Shown here: positions 9,774 to 20,586 of the stretch, in pieces
Position numbering within the stretch: position 1 is the first letter of the stretch
How the letters are laid out: each line of letters opens with the position of its first letter
Assembly (NCBI GenBank): GCA_963760795.1
Contig: CAVXEP010000014.1
Coordinates: forward strand, 1-64,000
Direction: 5' to 3'
Length of the DNA: 64,000 bases
Source of the DNA: an uncultured delta proteobacterium
GTDB lineage: Bacteria > Desulfobacterota > Binatia > UBA9968
Notes under the pieces: generated by a model
Told to the model about the DNA's origin: nothing
What the model saw: only the letters and a program-made list of their open reading frames with translations
The model's database searches: none
Made by a program: the position numbers and the translations under genes

Positions 9774-10223
9774 ATGGTGACCAACGATCGCTTCCTATAC
9801 TGCTGCGGTTGCAACGAAGTGCACAAGGTCACACCCTTCGATAAAGCGCCGACCTACGACCTGCAAGGCTCAAGCGTGCGCGAGATTCCGACGGATGACC
9901 GGCGCCGCTTCATGGAACGGCACGCGGGTCATGCCATCGAAGAGCTATCGAGCGTGGCCGAAGATTGGTTGAAGCCGCAAAGCGCCATCGATCCCATGGC
10001 CGAGAGCTACGTTTTTGTTGCCAACGAACGCTACTTTTTCCTCCTGCACCGTTCGCGCCGCAGCATCGCCGAACCGATCGTCTACCAGGTGATGCCGCGC
10101 CAACTCTTGCCTTCGGCCCTCAATCTCGAGGCCCTGAGCCAGTGGACGCGCAGCCTGCGCGCCCATTGGCTGCTTGGCAAAGCCCGGCTACGCCGCAAGT
10201 TCGTAGGCGGCCAGTTCAATTAG
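9774..10223 (+). CDS. hypothetical protein, possible Zn-binding
   Basis: 149 aa; AAGGAG RBS; CCGC...H and RHAGH motifs. Confidence 0.6.
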   Translation: MVTNDRFLYCCGCNEVHKVTPFDKAPTYDLQGSSVREIPTDDRRRFMERHAGHAIEELSSVAEDWLKPQSAIDPMAESYVFVANERYFFLLHRSRRSIAEPIVYQVMPRQLLPSALNLEALSQWTRSLRAHWLLGKARLRRKFVGGQFN

Positions 10224-10329
10224 CTCACGCTGTTTACCCCAGCCGAATCGACGCGCTAAAAAATAATCTTATCCGCCGCACGGCGGAGGTTTTGCCCCTC
10301 GCCTTACGGTTTACTATCAACTGCGTAAG

Positions 10330-10725
10330 CCGGGATATTCGTCCCGTCGCCACGTAGCTGGTCCCTTGGGCTAAAGCGGAAAAATCTTTGATGGGAAACT
10401 TGCCGCTCACATAACAGGTCACGCGCTGGTCCATCTCGACGTCGTCGAGCGTGACTTTCGACTTGGCGGCTAATCGCTAAAACTGCTGCGCCTGCAGAAA
10501 CCGCTCGAAGCGATGAAATATTGCAGCGGCGGCGGCTTGCCATGCTGGTTTTTTCAGTCTTCATCTTCGCAATAGACCGTGCGGCGTCGCGCTGTTCGAG
10601 TTTGACCAGCGCTTAGTTGAGGCGAACGACGGCGCGTTGCCGCAGAAGATAGCCGTCCGCAGCATCGGACGGCGCTCCCGCTCTTCTTCATAAACGACCC
10701 GAAACTTTCCGAGATCGATGGTTCC
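10330..10725 (-). pseudogene. degraded OsmC-like gene remnant
   Basis: fragments in different frames: RQRAVVRL*, TVYCEDE, PPPLQYFIASSGFC, KVTLDDVEMD..SGKFPIKDFS; in-frame stops; boundaries approximate. Confidence 0.35.
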
Positions 10726-10743
10726 CGGAAACGACACCGTGCA

Positions 10744-12969
10744 TCACTTCGCGCCGTGCAGCGCTTGGTAAATCTTCTCCGCCGTGATCGGCAGGCTGGT
10801 GATACGCACACCGCAGGCGTCTGCCACCGCGTTGGCGATGGCTGCCGCCGTGGGAATATTGCCGGTCTCGCCGATCGGCATGCTGTCATAAGGGCCCGCT
10901 CCGTGCGGCGCTTCCGAAACCGAGCCTTTGAATACCGGAACATCCTTGATGGTCGGGATCTTGTACTCGCCGAAGTGGGTCGTCGCAACTTTACCGTCGT
11001 TGATGATCACTTCTTCCATCAGCGTGTAGCCGATGCCGGTCATGCTTGCGCCCTCGATCTGTCCCTGGTGCATCAGCGGATTGAGCACAGTGCCGGTGTT
11101 ATGCGTCGATGTGAATTTCTTGAGCTCCACACGTCCGGTATCGGGGTCGACCTCGACTTCCGCGACTTGGACACACATGGATGCCGCGTGGATCTTGGCA
11201 TTATCGTTAAAAGTCGCCTCGACTGTGATCGGCGCCCCTTTGGCCTTGACGATTTCACCGTAGGTGAGTCGTCGTTCCATACGCGGATGCAAAGCCGCGC
11301 CTTTTGCCAGGACGACTTGATCCGGTGAAGTGCCCATCTGCTCGGCCGCCGCCTGTTTGATCGCAGCAACGGCCTTCAGCGCCGCCTCATAACCGGCGTT
11401 GCCGTAGACTCGCGTCGCCCGGCTGCCACCGACACCGGTATCTTTAGTTCCTTGCTGCGTGTCCAACTGTTGCACTTTGACCTGGCTCAAGGGAATCTTG
11501 AGTTCCTCGGCGATGATTTCACTCAACACCGTGTACGTGCCCGCGCCTTGATCGGCCATGGCGGAGGAAATCGTCGCCACGCCTTTTGCATCCAGCGAGA
11601 TCGCAACCGTGCCGATACCGCCGGCGGGCGTCCACTGCACCAGCGCGATACCGCGCCCAACGTTTTTCGCCTTGGGTTTTTGATAGCCCGAATCGTCCAG
11701 CGCTTTCTTGAGCGTCTCGTCGGTCTTGATATAGCTGTACTCCTCGCCGGTCGGATCGATATCGCCGTCGTGCATTAAGTTTTTCTGGCGCAACTTGATC
11801 GGGTCCATGCCCAGCTTTTTGGCGATCATGTCCAACTGGCTCTCATTGGCGAAGAATCCCTGGGGGTCGCCGGGCGAGCGCATATGGCCGCAGGGAATTT
11901 TGTTGGTGTAGACCATATGTTCCTCGATAAATACGTGAGGAATCTTGTACGGCCCAGCGGACAGGTGCGGGCCGTTGAGAAAGGCGTTGGGCTTAAATGC
12001 GCCGTAGGCGCCGCTGTCGAAGGTAAAGCTCATGCGGTGCGCAACCAGGGTGCCGTCTTTTTTTACGCCGGTTTTGACGTGGATGATCGACGCATGGCGC
12101 GGATTGCCGGCGATGAATTCCTCTTCGTAGTCCATCACCAGCTTGACCGGCCGTCCGGCTTTTTTAGACAAGAGATAAACCACGGCAAGATCCATGAAAT
12201 CGCCCTTGCCGCCGAAGTCGCCGCCGATGTAGACGGGATTGAAGTTGAGTTTTTCTTGCGGCAGCTTGAGCGCGTTGGCGACTTGTTCGCGCACGCCGTA
12301 GGGCACTTTGCTGCACGACCAGAACTCCGCCGAGCCGTCGGCCGCCGCGCTGACGACGCAGGAATGGGGCTCGATATAACTCTGATGCACCACCGGCGTG
12401 GTAAAAGTGTTTTCGACGATCACGTCCGCCTGGCGAAAGCCGGCCTCAGGATCGCCTTTGCCCCAGGTGACGTAGACAAAATCGTTGGTCGGCTCCTTGA
12501 GCGGATTGGGCAACCCTTTGTAGTTCATGACATCGGGATGAAGGAGTTTCGCGCCCGGCTTGAGCGCCTCCACGGGATCGAGCAACGGCTCGGTTTCCTC
12601 GTATTCGACTTCGATCAGATTCACCGCCTCTTCGGCGATGTCTTCGCTGTCCGCCGCCACCGCCGCGACTTTTTCACCGATGAAGCGCACTTCGCCGTCG
12701 GCCAGGATCGGCATGTCATAGAGTCTGCGGCCGATTTTTAGGCCCGAGCAATCCGCCCCCGTGATAATCGCGCGCACGCCCTTGAGTTTTTCCGCCTTGC
12801 TGGTATCGATGCGCTTGATTTTGCCCGAAGCGATCGGGCTGCGCAGCAACTTGCCCCAGAGCATACCGGGCAAGGTCACGTCCACCGCATACTTGGCCTG
12901 ACCGCTGACCTTGAGCTCGCCTTCGATTCTTGGGGTTGGATTGCCGACGACTTGTTTCGTTGATGCCAT
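10744..12969 (-). CDS. xanthine dehydrogenase family molybdopterin-binding (large) subunit
   Basis: 741 aa; KVSGQAKYAVD, QSYIEPH, IGGDFGGK, DQGAG, GQIEG, GETG..PTAAAIANAV motifs. Confidence 0.92.
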   Translation of the reverse strand: MASTKQVVGNPTPRIEGELKVSGQAKYAVDVTLPGMLWGKLLRSPIASGKIKRIDTSKAEKLKGVRAIITGADCSGLKIGRRLYDMPILADGEVRFIGEKVAAVAADSEDIAEEAVNLIEVEYEETEPLLDPVEALKPGAKLLHPDVMNYKGLPNPLKEPTNDFVYVTWGKGDPEAGFRQADVIVENTFTTPVVHQSYIEPHSCVVSAAADGSAEFWSCSKVPYGVREQVANALKLPQEKLNFNPVYIGGDFGGKGDFMDLAVVYLLSKKAGRPVKLVMDYEEEFIAGNPRHASIIHVKTGVKKDGTLVAHRMSFTFDSGAYGAFKPNAFLNGPHLSAGPYKIPHVFIEEHMVYTNKIPCGHMRSPGDPQGFFANESQLDMIAKKLGMDPIKLRQKNLMHDGDIDPTGEEYSYIKTDETLKKALDDSGYQKPKAKNVGRGIALVQWTPAGGIGTVAISLDAKGVATISSAMADQGAGTYTVLSEIIAEELKIPLSQVKVQQLDTQQGTKDTGVGGSRATRVYGNAGYEAALKAVAAIKQAAAEQMGTSPDQVVLAKGAALHPRMERRLTYGEIVKAKGAPITVEATFNDNAKIHAASMCVQVAEVEVDPDTGRVELKKFTSTHNTGTVLNPLMHQGQIEGASMTGIGYTLMEEVIINDGKVATTHFGEYKIPTIKDVPVFKGSVSEAPHGAGPYDSMPIGETGNIPTAAAIANAVADACGVRITSLPITAEKIYQALHGAK

Positions 12970-13024
12970 GGCTGAACCTCCTGCTGCCGTAAATACGTAT
13001 GTTAGTCATCTATGGACAGGCGGA

Positions 13025-13068
13025 CTCCGCTTCGGCCGGCCATGTTGCATGGAGCGCTCGAAGCGGAG
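13025..13068 (-). terminator. hairpin downstream of tRNA-Asn
   Basis: CTCCGCTTCG...CGAAGCGGAG inverted repeat just 3' of the tRNA; no clear U-tract. Confidence 0.35.
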
Positions 13069-13077
13069 CATGAAATC

Positions 13078-13153
13078 TGGCTCCCCGGGAGGGACTCGAA
13101 CCCCCGACCCGGTGATTAACAGTCACCTGCTCTACCAACTGAGCTACCGGGGA
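13078..13153 (-). tRNA. tRNA-Asn (GTT)
   Basis: 76-nt cloverleaf TCCCCGGTAGCTCAGTTGGTAGAGCAGGTGACT-GTT-AATCACCGGGTCGGGGGTTCGAGTCCCTCCCGGGGAGCCA with encoded CCA. Confidence 0.98.
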
Positions 13154-13203
13154 AGCAAAAGAACAGGGACATTTTTTAGCATACGATCTTCGCGAATTCT
13201 AGT

Positions 13204-13671
13204 TCATTGGATAGCAATTTTCCCCAGCGCGTCGAGCATTTTCTGCTGATGCGTGGCCGGCCAGTACAGCCGCTGACAGCGGCCGCACCAAGAGAAGCGC
13301 TCCTGGGTGGCGAAGACGTAGGGCGGCACCAGTTTTTCCACCGATTCCTTGGATCGCGGTTGCAGCTCGGAGTTGCACACCAAACAACGGCTAAAAAGGC
13401 CCGCTCCGGGATTCAAATTGCACGCGCCCATGACCTGGCGCAACTGTTCGACATAGTCGTTGCTTTCAATGAACAGAAACGGCGGCGGCTGTTTGCGCGC
13501 CAAGCTGCGATCCCGCGTCAAAATCAACCGGCCATCGGCGCGCGCCGCGCGGATCAGGCCATGGCCGGAGAGATGGCGGCCATAGATGACATCGTAGCCG
13601 AGGATGCGCAGCCACTTGGCGAGGCGGCCCAACATCCGATCGGCGGCGAAGGCGATCGGTTTATTACTCAT
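13204..13671 (-). CDS. Mut7-C RNase domain protein (DUF82)
   Basis: FAADRMLGRLAKWLRILGYD, LILTRD, SRCLVCN...CGRCQRLYW..TH. Confidence 0.9.
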   Translation of the reverse strand: MSNKPIAFAADRMLGRLAKWLRILGYDVIYGRHLSGHGLIRAARADGRLILTRDRSLARKQPPPFLFIESNDYVEQLRQVMGACNLNPGAGLFSRCLVCNSELQPRSKESVEKLVPPYVFATQERFSWCGRCQRLYWPATHQQKMLDALGKIAIQ

Positions 13672-13737
13672 ATTGCGAGATTTCTCGATTCACGTTGATT
13701 CACGAGCGCTGGGGCCTTACCATATACGTTCTACTCT

Positions 13738-15190
13738 ATGATTGTTAAGCGATCGATCTGGATTGGCATCGTACTTTTCTGGGCTGTGATGAATTTTCTC
13801 CTCATCAAACGCCAGACTGTCGCGCCGCCGCCGCTGCTGACGCTGCGCGGCACGGAGAAGATCACCGAAGCCAGCGAAGAGTGGTGGGGCATCTTTTACC
13901 GTGGTGAAAAGATCGGCTACGCTTCCCAGGCCATCGTGCCGAAAACCAAAGGCTACAAGCTCAACGATTTTTCCCGGCTCAATTTGAATCTCTTGGGCAC
14001 CGTCCAGCCCGCCGAGACCCGCTTGGAAATGGAAGCCAACGACGACTGGATCCTGGAGCGCTTCGATTTCGCCCTCAACTCCAAAGAAATCGGCTTCAAG
14101 GCGCGTGGCGCGGTGAAGGAAAACAAGCTGACCCTGGAGATTGACTCCGCCGGCCACCGCTCGGTCCGCGAGATTACCTTGACCCAGGCGCCTTACCTGC
14201 TCGCTGCGCTCAAGCCCTATGTCGTCACCCAGCAATTGGAAACCGGCAAGAAATTTTACTTTTCGACCTTCGACCCGTCGACCCTGTCCCAGCAGGTAAC
14301 CACCATCGTGATCGAAGGCCGCGAACAGATCCGCGTCGGCAATCGCCTCGAACCGGCGATCAAATTGCGCCAAAGCTTCGGCGGCATTTCTGTGCTCTCT
14401 TGGGTCGACGTCCATGGCCGGACGTTGAAGGAGGAATCGCCGGCGGGTATGTCGATGACCCGGCAGAGCCAGCAGGAAGCGAAAAATCTGCCCTCCCGCG
14501 CCGTGCCATTGGACATGATCGCGCAGTCCTCGATACCGGTGACCAAGCAAATCGCCGACGCCAAAACGCTCCCGGCAGTCGAACTGAAACTCGCCGGCGT
14601 CGACCTGGCGAATTTCGCGCTGGACGGCGGCCGGCAAAAACTCACCGGCGACCGGCTGGAGATAACCCGCGAAGATCTTACTAAATTCAGCGGCCACGGC
14701 GATTCCGGTCAAAGAGCCGCGTCTGCAAACGTTCTTGCAGCCGACCGCTTTCATGCAGTCGGATCATCCGAGCATCAAGACCCTGGCAGCGCGCATCGTC
14801 GGCGGCGAACAGAACGCCATGAAAGCAGCGGTGAAACTCAAAGACTGGATTTACCGCGAACTCGCCAAAGAGCCCACCGTGAGCATTCCCAACGCGCTGG
14901 AAGTCCTGCAAGCGAAAAAAGGCGACTGCAACGAGCACACCGTGCTGTTCAACGCGCTCGCCCGCGCCGCCGGCATCCCAGCGAAAACCGTTGTCGGCGT
15001 CGTCTATCTGCGCGGCGCGTTTTACTATCACGCCTGGTCCGAAGTCTGGCTCGGCCGCTGGGTCGCCCTCGATTCGGTGTTGAATCAATTCCCCGCCGAC
15101 GTCACCCATGTGAAATTTCTCGAAGGCGAGATCGACCGGCAGATCGATATTCTGCAGCTGATCGGCAATCTGAAAATCGAAGTCCTATGA
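13738..15190 (+). CDS. membrane-anchored transglutaminase-like domain protein (frameshift about 14690)
   Basis: N-terminal TM; C-terminal GDCNEH, YHAW.EVW, WVALD (Cys-His-Asp triad) in a second frame (14735-15190). Confidence 0.85.
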
Positions 15191-15222
15191 ATAGGTGCCA
15201 TTATTTTGGTCCGCTGGGCCAC

Positions 15223-15292
15223 TTTTAGATTCTGGATTACTGGCCAGCAACCCAGTCTGCAATCCAAAATCGGCAGATCGAAAATCCAAAAT
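15223..15292. repeat. 7-mer AATC(C/G)AA tandem array in inverted arrangement
   Basis: TTTTAGATTCTGGATT ... AATCCAAAATCGGCAGATCGAAAATCCAAAAT; near-identical copy at 55418-55449. Confidence 0.6.
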
Positions 15293-15294
15293 TA

Positions 15295-16053
15295 ATGATT
15301 CAACTCATCAATCTGAGCAAGCACTACGGCAAACTCGCCGCGGTGGATAACTTAAACCTTGAAGTCGCGCCCGGCGAGATCTTCGGCTTTCTCGGCCCCA
15401 ACGGCGCCGGCAAAACCACAACGATCCGCTGCATGATGGGTATTCTCAAATCGACCTCGGGACAAGTTCTGCTCGACGGCCACGACGTTGTCGCCGATGC
15501 GCAGAAGGCCAAAGCGATCTCCGGCTTCATTCCCGACCGGCCGTTCATTTATGAGAAGCTCAGCGGCCGTGAGTTTTTGCACTTCGTCGGCAAACTGCAC
15601 CGGGTCGACTCGGTGCGATTGAGCAAACGCATCGCGGAACTGCTGGAACTCCTGGAACTGACGCCGTGGCAGGACGAGTTGGTCGAAAGCTACTCCCACG
15701 GCATGAAGCAACGTCTGGTGGTTTGCGGCGCGTTGATTCACGAGCCCAAGATCCTGGTCGTCGACGAACCCATGGTCGGCATGGACCCCAAAGGCGCGCG
15801 CACCCTCAAGGATCTATTCTGCGCTCTGGCCAAAACCGGCACGACGGTGTTTCTTTCGACCCACAGCATCGCCGTCGCCGAGGAGATCTGCCACCGCATC
15901 GGCATCATCCGCAAAGGCCGCTTGATCGCCTGCGGCACCATGAGCGAGATCCACGCGCAAACCGATGGCGACGGTAAGGGCAATCTCGAAAGCGCATTCT
16001 TAGAACTCACCCGCGAGCAGGACATGGCAGTGCCGGCCGCCCAAGCGCTCTGA
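15295..16053 (+). CDS. ABC transporter ATP-binding protein (exporter type)
   Basis: Walker A GPNGAGKTT, signature YSHGMKQR, Walker B VVDEP, H-loop STH. Confidence 0.95.
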   Translation: MIQLINLSKHYGKLAAVDNLNLEVAPGEIFGFLGPNGAGKTTTIRCMMGILKSTSGQVLLDGHDVVADAQKAKAISGFIPDRPFIYEKLSGREFLHFVGKLHRVDSVRLSKRIAELLELLELTPWQDELVESYSHGMKQRLVVCGALIHEPKILVVDEPMVGMDPKGARTLKDLFCALAKTGTTVFLSTHSIAVAEEICHRIGIIRKGRLIACGTMSEIHAQTDGDGKGNLESAFLELTREQDMAVPAAQAL

Positions 16054-16054
16054 C

Positions 16055-17749
16055 ATGAGTTCCGTCGCCCTACTGCTCTCGCCGATGTGGCTCACGTGGA
16101 AAAACAGTTTTTTCCGCGGCACCCACTCTTGGACGAGAAGACTCTCGCTGGCGCTCCTCGCCGGCCTATTCTGGATCGGCACCTATCTGGTCGTGCGCCG
16201 GGTCCTGCGTTACTTCGAAACCGTCTACGAGCTCGGCCCCGCCCTTGCTTATCAATTGCTGTTGATAATCTTGCTGACCTTCCTGTCGATGTTGCTGTTC
16301 AGCAATTTGGTGGCGGCGCTGTCGACTTTTTTTCTCGCCCGCGACCTCGACTTGATCCACGCCACGCCGGTGGCGCCCAATTCATTTTTCTTCGCCCGCT
16401 TGATCGCCACGACGATCAATTCGTCGTGGATGGTGCTGTTCTTTTCGCTGCCGATCTTCGCCGCCTACGGCTCGGTATTCGGCGGCGGCATCGAGCTTTA
16501 TTTTTGGATCGCGGTGATTCTGCCGCTATTTTTGCTAATCCCCGCGGCCATCGGCGCATTAGTCACCCATCTGTTGGTCTATGCCATGCCGGCCAAGCGC
16601 ATCCGCGACCTGCTCTTTTTCATCGGCCTGTTCGCGTTTCTGATCATGTATTTCCTGTTCCGCTTTTCCCAACCCGAGCGCTTGGTGCAGCCGGAGTCCT
16701 TCGGCAACTTCATGCAGTTCCTGAGCGCCATGGAGACGCCGTCGTCGCCCTATCTGCCGAGCAGTTGGTTGGCGGAAATCCTCGCCGGGACGATTGTTCA
16801 AGCGCGACACCGACCAGGGTTTCTTCTTCGCCCTGTTGGCGAGCTACGCGATGTTTTTACCGGTGGCGGCCAGTTGGTGTTCCAGCGCGGTCTATCTCGA
16901 CGGCTGGTCGAAAGCCCAGGAATCGCGCCAGGGCCGGCGCAAACTCGCCTGGCTCGACCGCCTGCTCGAAGTGATAACCCGGCCGTTCCCGGCGATCACC
17001 CGCGCGTTAATGCTCAAGGACATCAAGACGTTCCTGCGCGACACCACCCAGTGGTCGCAGCTGTTTCTGCTCGCCGCCTTGATCGTCGTCTATCTTTACA
17101 ACTTCAAAGTTCTGCCCCTCGACCGCTCGCCGATGCCGGCGGGGACTATCCGAACGATTGTTTCCTTCGCCAACTTGGGCTTAGCCGGATTCGTCTTGAG
17201 CGCCATCGCCATCCGCTTCGCCTTTCCGGCGGTGAGTTTGGAAGGCAAAGCCTTTTGGCTGCTTCAGACCGCGCCGATTTCGCTGCGAGCATTGTTGTGG
17301 AGCAAGTTTTGGATGAACTTCATACCGCTCCTATTCCTCGGCGAAGTGCTAATATTTCTCCAGCAATCTCCTGCTCAAAGTGCCGGGCTGGATGATGGCG
17401 CTATCGCTCATCACGATGTTCTTGATGACCTTCGGCATCGCCGCCATCGGCGTCGGCTTGGGCGCGCTCTATCCCAACTTCAACTATGAAAATGCCGCCG
17501 AGATTCCCACCAGCTTCGGCGGCGCCGTGTGCATGATCTTCAGCATCGGCTTCATCGCCATCGCCGTCATGATCGTCGCCTGGCCGATCTACATCCTGGC
17601 GATGCGCACCTTTCACCGCGGGCGAATTTTTCTGCCCGAGTATACCGTGATTGCGCCGTCACTGCTTGATCGTGCTAGCTGTCACCGTCGTAACAGTCGT
17701 CGTTGCCTTACGCGTCGGCATCAAGCACTTGGAACAGTTGAAGGAATAA
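16055..17749 (+). CDS. ABC exporter permease (frameshifts about 16795, 17360, 17665)
   Basis: multi-TM protein across ORFs 16055-17395, 16794-17489 and 17380-17880; RFAFPAVSLEG..FWLLQTAP motif; reconstructed stop TAA 17747-17749. Confidence 0.8.
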
Positions 17750-17896
17750 ACTGGCGGCGATCGCTTTGGCAGTACTTAGCCTTCAGGTACCCTATCCCCT
17801 TGCGGAAGAGGGTTAGCATGAGGGGAATCACAGCAACCGCAGATAGCGAATTCGACATCGCAGTGAGTGCGACGATATAACTCAAAGGAGTATTCC

Positions 17897-18564
17897 GTGA
17901 ACCTCATCCACACCATCTACCAACCGCTCCGGCAACAGTCCGTTTCCAACTATTCTCACCCTGCATGGCCGCGGCGCCAACGCCTTCGATCTTCTCGGCC
18001 TCGCGCCCTATCTTTGCGGCGGTCAGTTCTTAATCATCTGCCCGCAAGCGCCGATGGAGACGCCCATCGGGCCGGACCAAGTCGGTTACGCCTGGTATGC
18101 CGCCAGCAAAGGCGGCGTGCCCGACACCGATGGCATGTTGGAATCCCAGAAAGCTTTGCAACTTTTTCTCGACGATTGTCTTAAACAGTATCCCATCGAC
18201 CCCAAGCGCTTCGCCGTGCTCGGCTTCAGCCAAGGCGGCGTGATGGCTTACAGCCTGGCACTGACAAATCCCGAGCGTTTCGCCGGTCTCGCCGCGCTCA
18301 GCACCTGGCTGCCGAGAGAACTGACGCCAAGATTGAACTATCAGCGACGCCGTGCAATCGCTGCCAACGTTAATTCAACATGGCACCCAGGATCCGCAGA
18401 TCGAAGTCGGCCGCGCCCGCGACTCGGTGGCGCGGTTACGCGAACTACAAGTGCCGCTAACTTTTAAGGAATACGAAATGGGCCACGAGATCAGGCCGAA
18501 GGGACTTTATGACTTGTCAACTTGGCTGGAAGAAAATGTCAGGGCGACCGGCCGGTCGCCCTGA
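17897..18564 (+). CDS. phospholipase/carboxylesterase (alpha/beta hydrolase; frameshifts about 17925, 18340)
   Basis: GTG start after AAGGAG; LHGRGAN, nucleophile GFSQGG, HGTQD, MGHEI. Confidence 0.85.
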
Positions 18565-18566
18565 CA
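18537..18566. repeat. perfect 30-bp palindrome (REP-like) between convergent genes
   Basis: TGTCAGGGCGACCGG|CCGGTCGCCCTGACA; core shared with 60130-60152 and 63857-63874. Confidence 0.75.
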
Positions 18567-18592
18567 AGCATAATCGCTAGGTACGACCTGCC

Positions 18593-19480
18593 TTAAGCCC
18601 GCAGGTAACTCATATCTTTCGCCATCGCTTCGAGACGAGCGACACGCTCTTCCATCGCCGGATGGGTGCTGAACAGCGACGCGAAGCTGCCGCCGCTCAG
18701 CGGGCTGACGATGAACATATGCGCTGTGGCATTTTGCGTCGCGTTATTCACTTCCAGCGGAATATTCTGCGCGCCCATATGCAACTTACGCAGTGCGCCG
18801 GCCAAGGCCAAGGGGTCACCGGAAATCTTCGCGCCACCGGCATCCGCCATAAATTCGCGCGAACGCGACACCGCCATCTGAATTAACATCGCCGCAATCG
18901 GCGCGACGATCATCATGAACAGAAGGCCAAAAATACCGCCGCCACCGTTGCCTTCACCTTCGTCACGGCTCCGACCGCCGCCAAAGATCATCCCCCATTG
19001 CGCCATCTGCGCCATGAAACTGATCGCACCCGCAAGGGTGGCGGCGATACTGCTGATTAAAATGTCGCGATTTTTTACATGGCTGAGCTCGTGGCCGAGC
19101 ACGCCGGCAAGCTCGCGCTTGTTGAGAATTCGGCGAATCCCTTGGGTCACCGCCACCGCGGCATGCTCTGGATTGCGCCCGGTGGCAAAAGCATTGGGGG
19201 CGTCTTCTGGAATCACGTAGACTTTCGGCATGGGCAATCCGCCCTTGGCCGCCAGCTCCTGCACCAAGCTATACAGTTCGGGATCGTCGTTGGCGGTAAT
19301 CTGTTGCCCGCCGTACATCTTGAGGACGATCTTATCGCTGAACCAATAGCTGAAAAAGTTCATGGCGCCGGCGAAAATCAACGCCATCACCGCGCCGTTG
19401 GGTCCACCGACCATCTGGCCGATCCAAACCACTAGCGCTGTCAAAACCGCTAGGAGAATTGTGGTACGAAAACCGTTCAT
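18593..19480 (-). CDS. htpX: zinc metalloprotease HtpX (M48)
   Basis: [29 protein letters not shown]. Confidence 0.95.
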   Translation of the reverse strand: MNGFRTTILLAVLTALVVWIGQMVGGPNGAVMALIFAGAMNFFSYWFSDKIVLKMYGGQQITANDDPELYSLVQELAAKGGLPMPKVYVIPEDAPNAFATGRNPEHAAVAVTQGIRRILNKRELAGVLGHELSHVKNRDILISSIAATLAGAISFMAQMAQWGMIFGGGRSRDEGEGNGGGGIFGLLFMMIVAPIAAMLIQMAVSRSREFMADAGGAKISGDPLALAGALRKLHMGAQNIPLEVNNATQNATAHMFIVSPLSGGSFASLFSTHPAMEERVARLEAMAKDMSYLRA

Positions 19481-19652
19481 ATCCTTTCCTCCCTTTCTGC
19501 GAGGTATCCTACGGAATGGTTAGGTTAAGTCAAGGTACAAAATTTGGCACACTGAGAATGTGCGCATGGCCAGGGGTTAATTCAAGCCCTGTGTTTCAAA
19601 ATTGCTATGAATTGACCTAATATCGCATAGTTGCCAATTGGAGGGATATGCC

Positions 19653-20526
19653 ATGCGAGTCGGAGTAGTGTTTCCGCAAACCGAAATCGGCGCTGATCCA
19701 TACTATGTCAAGGACTACGCTCAGGCCGCCGAAGAGCTGGGCTTTGCCCATCTCCTAGCCTACGACCATGTGGTCGGCGCCAACCCGGCGAGCCGGCCCA
19801 ACTGGAAAGCGCCCTACAGTCACTTAGACATGTTCCACGAGCCGTTGGTTCTTTTCGGCTACCTCGCCGGCGTGACCAGGAAAATCGAATTTTGCACCGG
19901 CATCGTCATCCTGCCGCAGCGCCAAACCGTCTTGGTCGCCAAACAAGCTGCCGCATTAGACGTCTTGAGCGGCGGTCGTTTGCGCTTCGGCATCGGTATC
20001 GGCTGGAACCCGGTGGAATATGAAGCCCTCGGCGAAGATTTCAAAAATCGCGGCCGCCGCTGCGAAGAGCAAATCGAAGTCATGCGCCAGCTCTGGACGA
20101 ATCCGACTGTGACGTTCGCAGGCCGCTGGCATAAGATCACTGACGCCGGAATTAACCCGCTCGCCCGTGCAGAGGCCGATCCCGATCTGGTTCGGCGGTA
20201 GCGACGAGCGCGCGTTACGCCGGCTCGCGAGATTCGGTGACGGCTGGTTTCCACTAGTCGGACCCGATGAAAAATGCCGGGCGATGATCGATAAGATTCG
20301 TGGTTACGCGCAGGAAGCCGGGCGCGACCCGCAAGCAGTCGGCATCGAAGGCCGCATATCCTACGGCCAAGGCGCATCGGAGGCTTGGCGCACAGATCTA
20401 GCAGCATGGAACACCCTTGGCGCCACGCATGTGAGCTTCAACACCATGAAAGCGGGACTGAAATCGCCGTCAGCGCATATCGAAGCGCTGCGGCGATTTG
20501 CCAAAGCTATTGCCGCGACTTCGTAA
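19653..20526 (+). CDS. LLM-class (probably F420-dependent) oxidoreductase (frameshift about 20165)
   Basis: YDHV, HEPLV, LPQRQTVLVAKQAA.LD.LSGGR..FGIGIGWN..EY; C-terminal PIWFGG..GDGW in a second frame. Confidence 0.88.
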
Positions 20527-20586
20527 ATCGAGAGGCGAGTTTAATACCCGCGCTCCAAGTCAGAATTTTTTTTGCGTTCTACGCAG

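Noticed and set aside
10744-12969. Aerobic CO dehydrogenase CoxL
   Set aside because: Lacks the AYxCSFR loop (has HMRSPG) and has no coxM/coxS neighbours
1-13153. Genomic island integrated at the 3' end of tRNA-Asn
   Set aside because: No integrase, no duplicated tRNA 3' end seen in the window and no obvious compositional break
15295-17749. ABC ATPase/permease as the translocator for the orphan SBPs
   Set aside because: The ATPase and permease look exporter-type and are linked to the transglutaminase-like gene; no importer EAA motif recognised
19543-19572. CIRCE or sigma54 site between htpX and the LLM gene (TTGGCACACTGAGAATGTGC)
   Set aside because: Right arm does not match GAGTGCTAA at N9 spacing, and there is no GC at GG-N10
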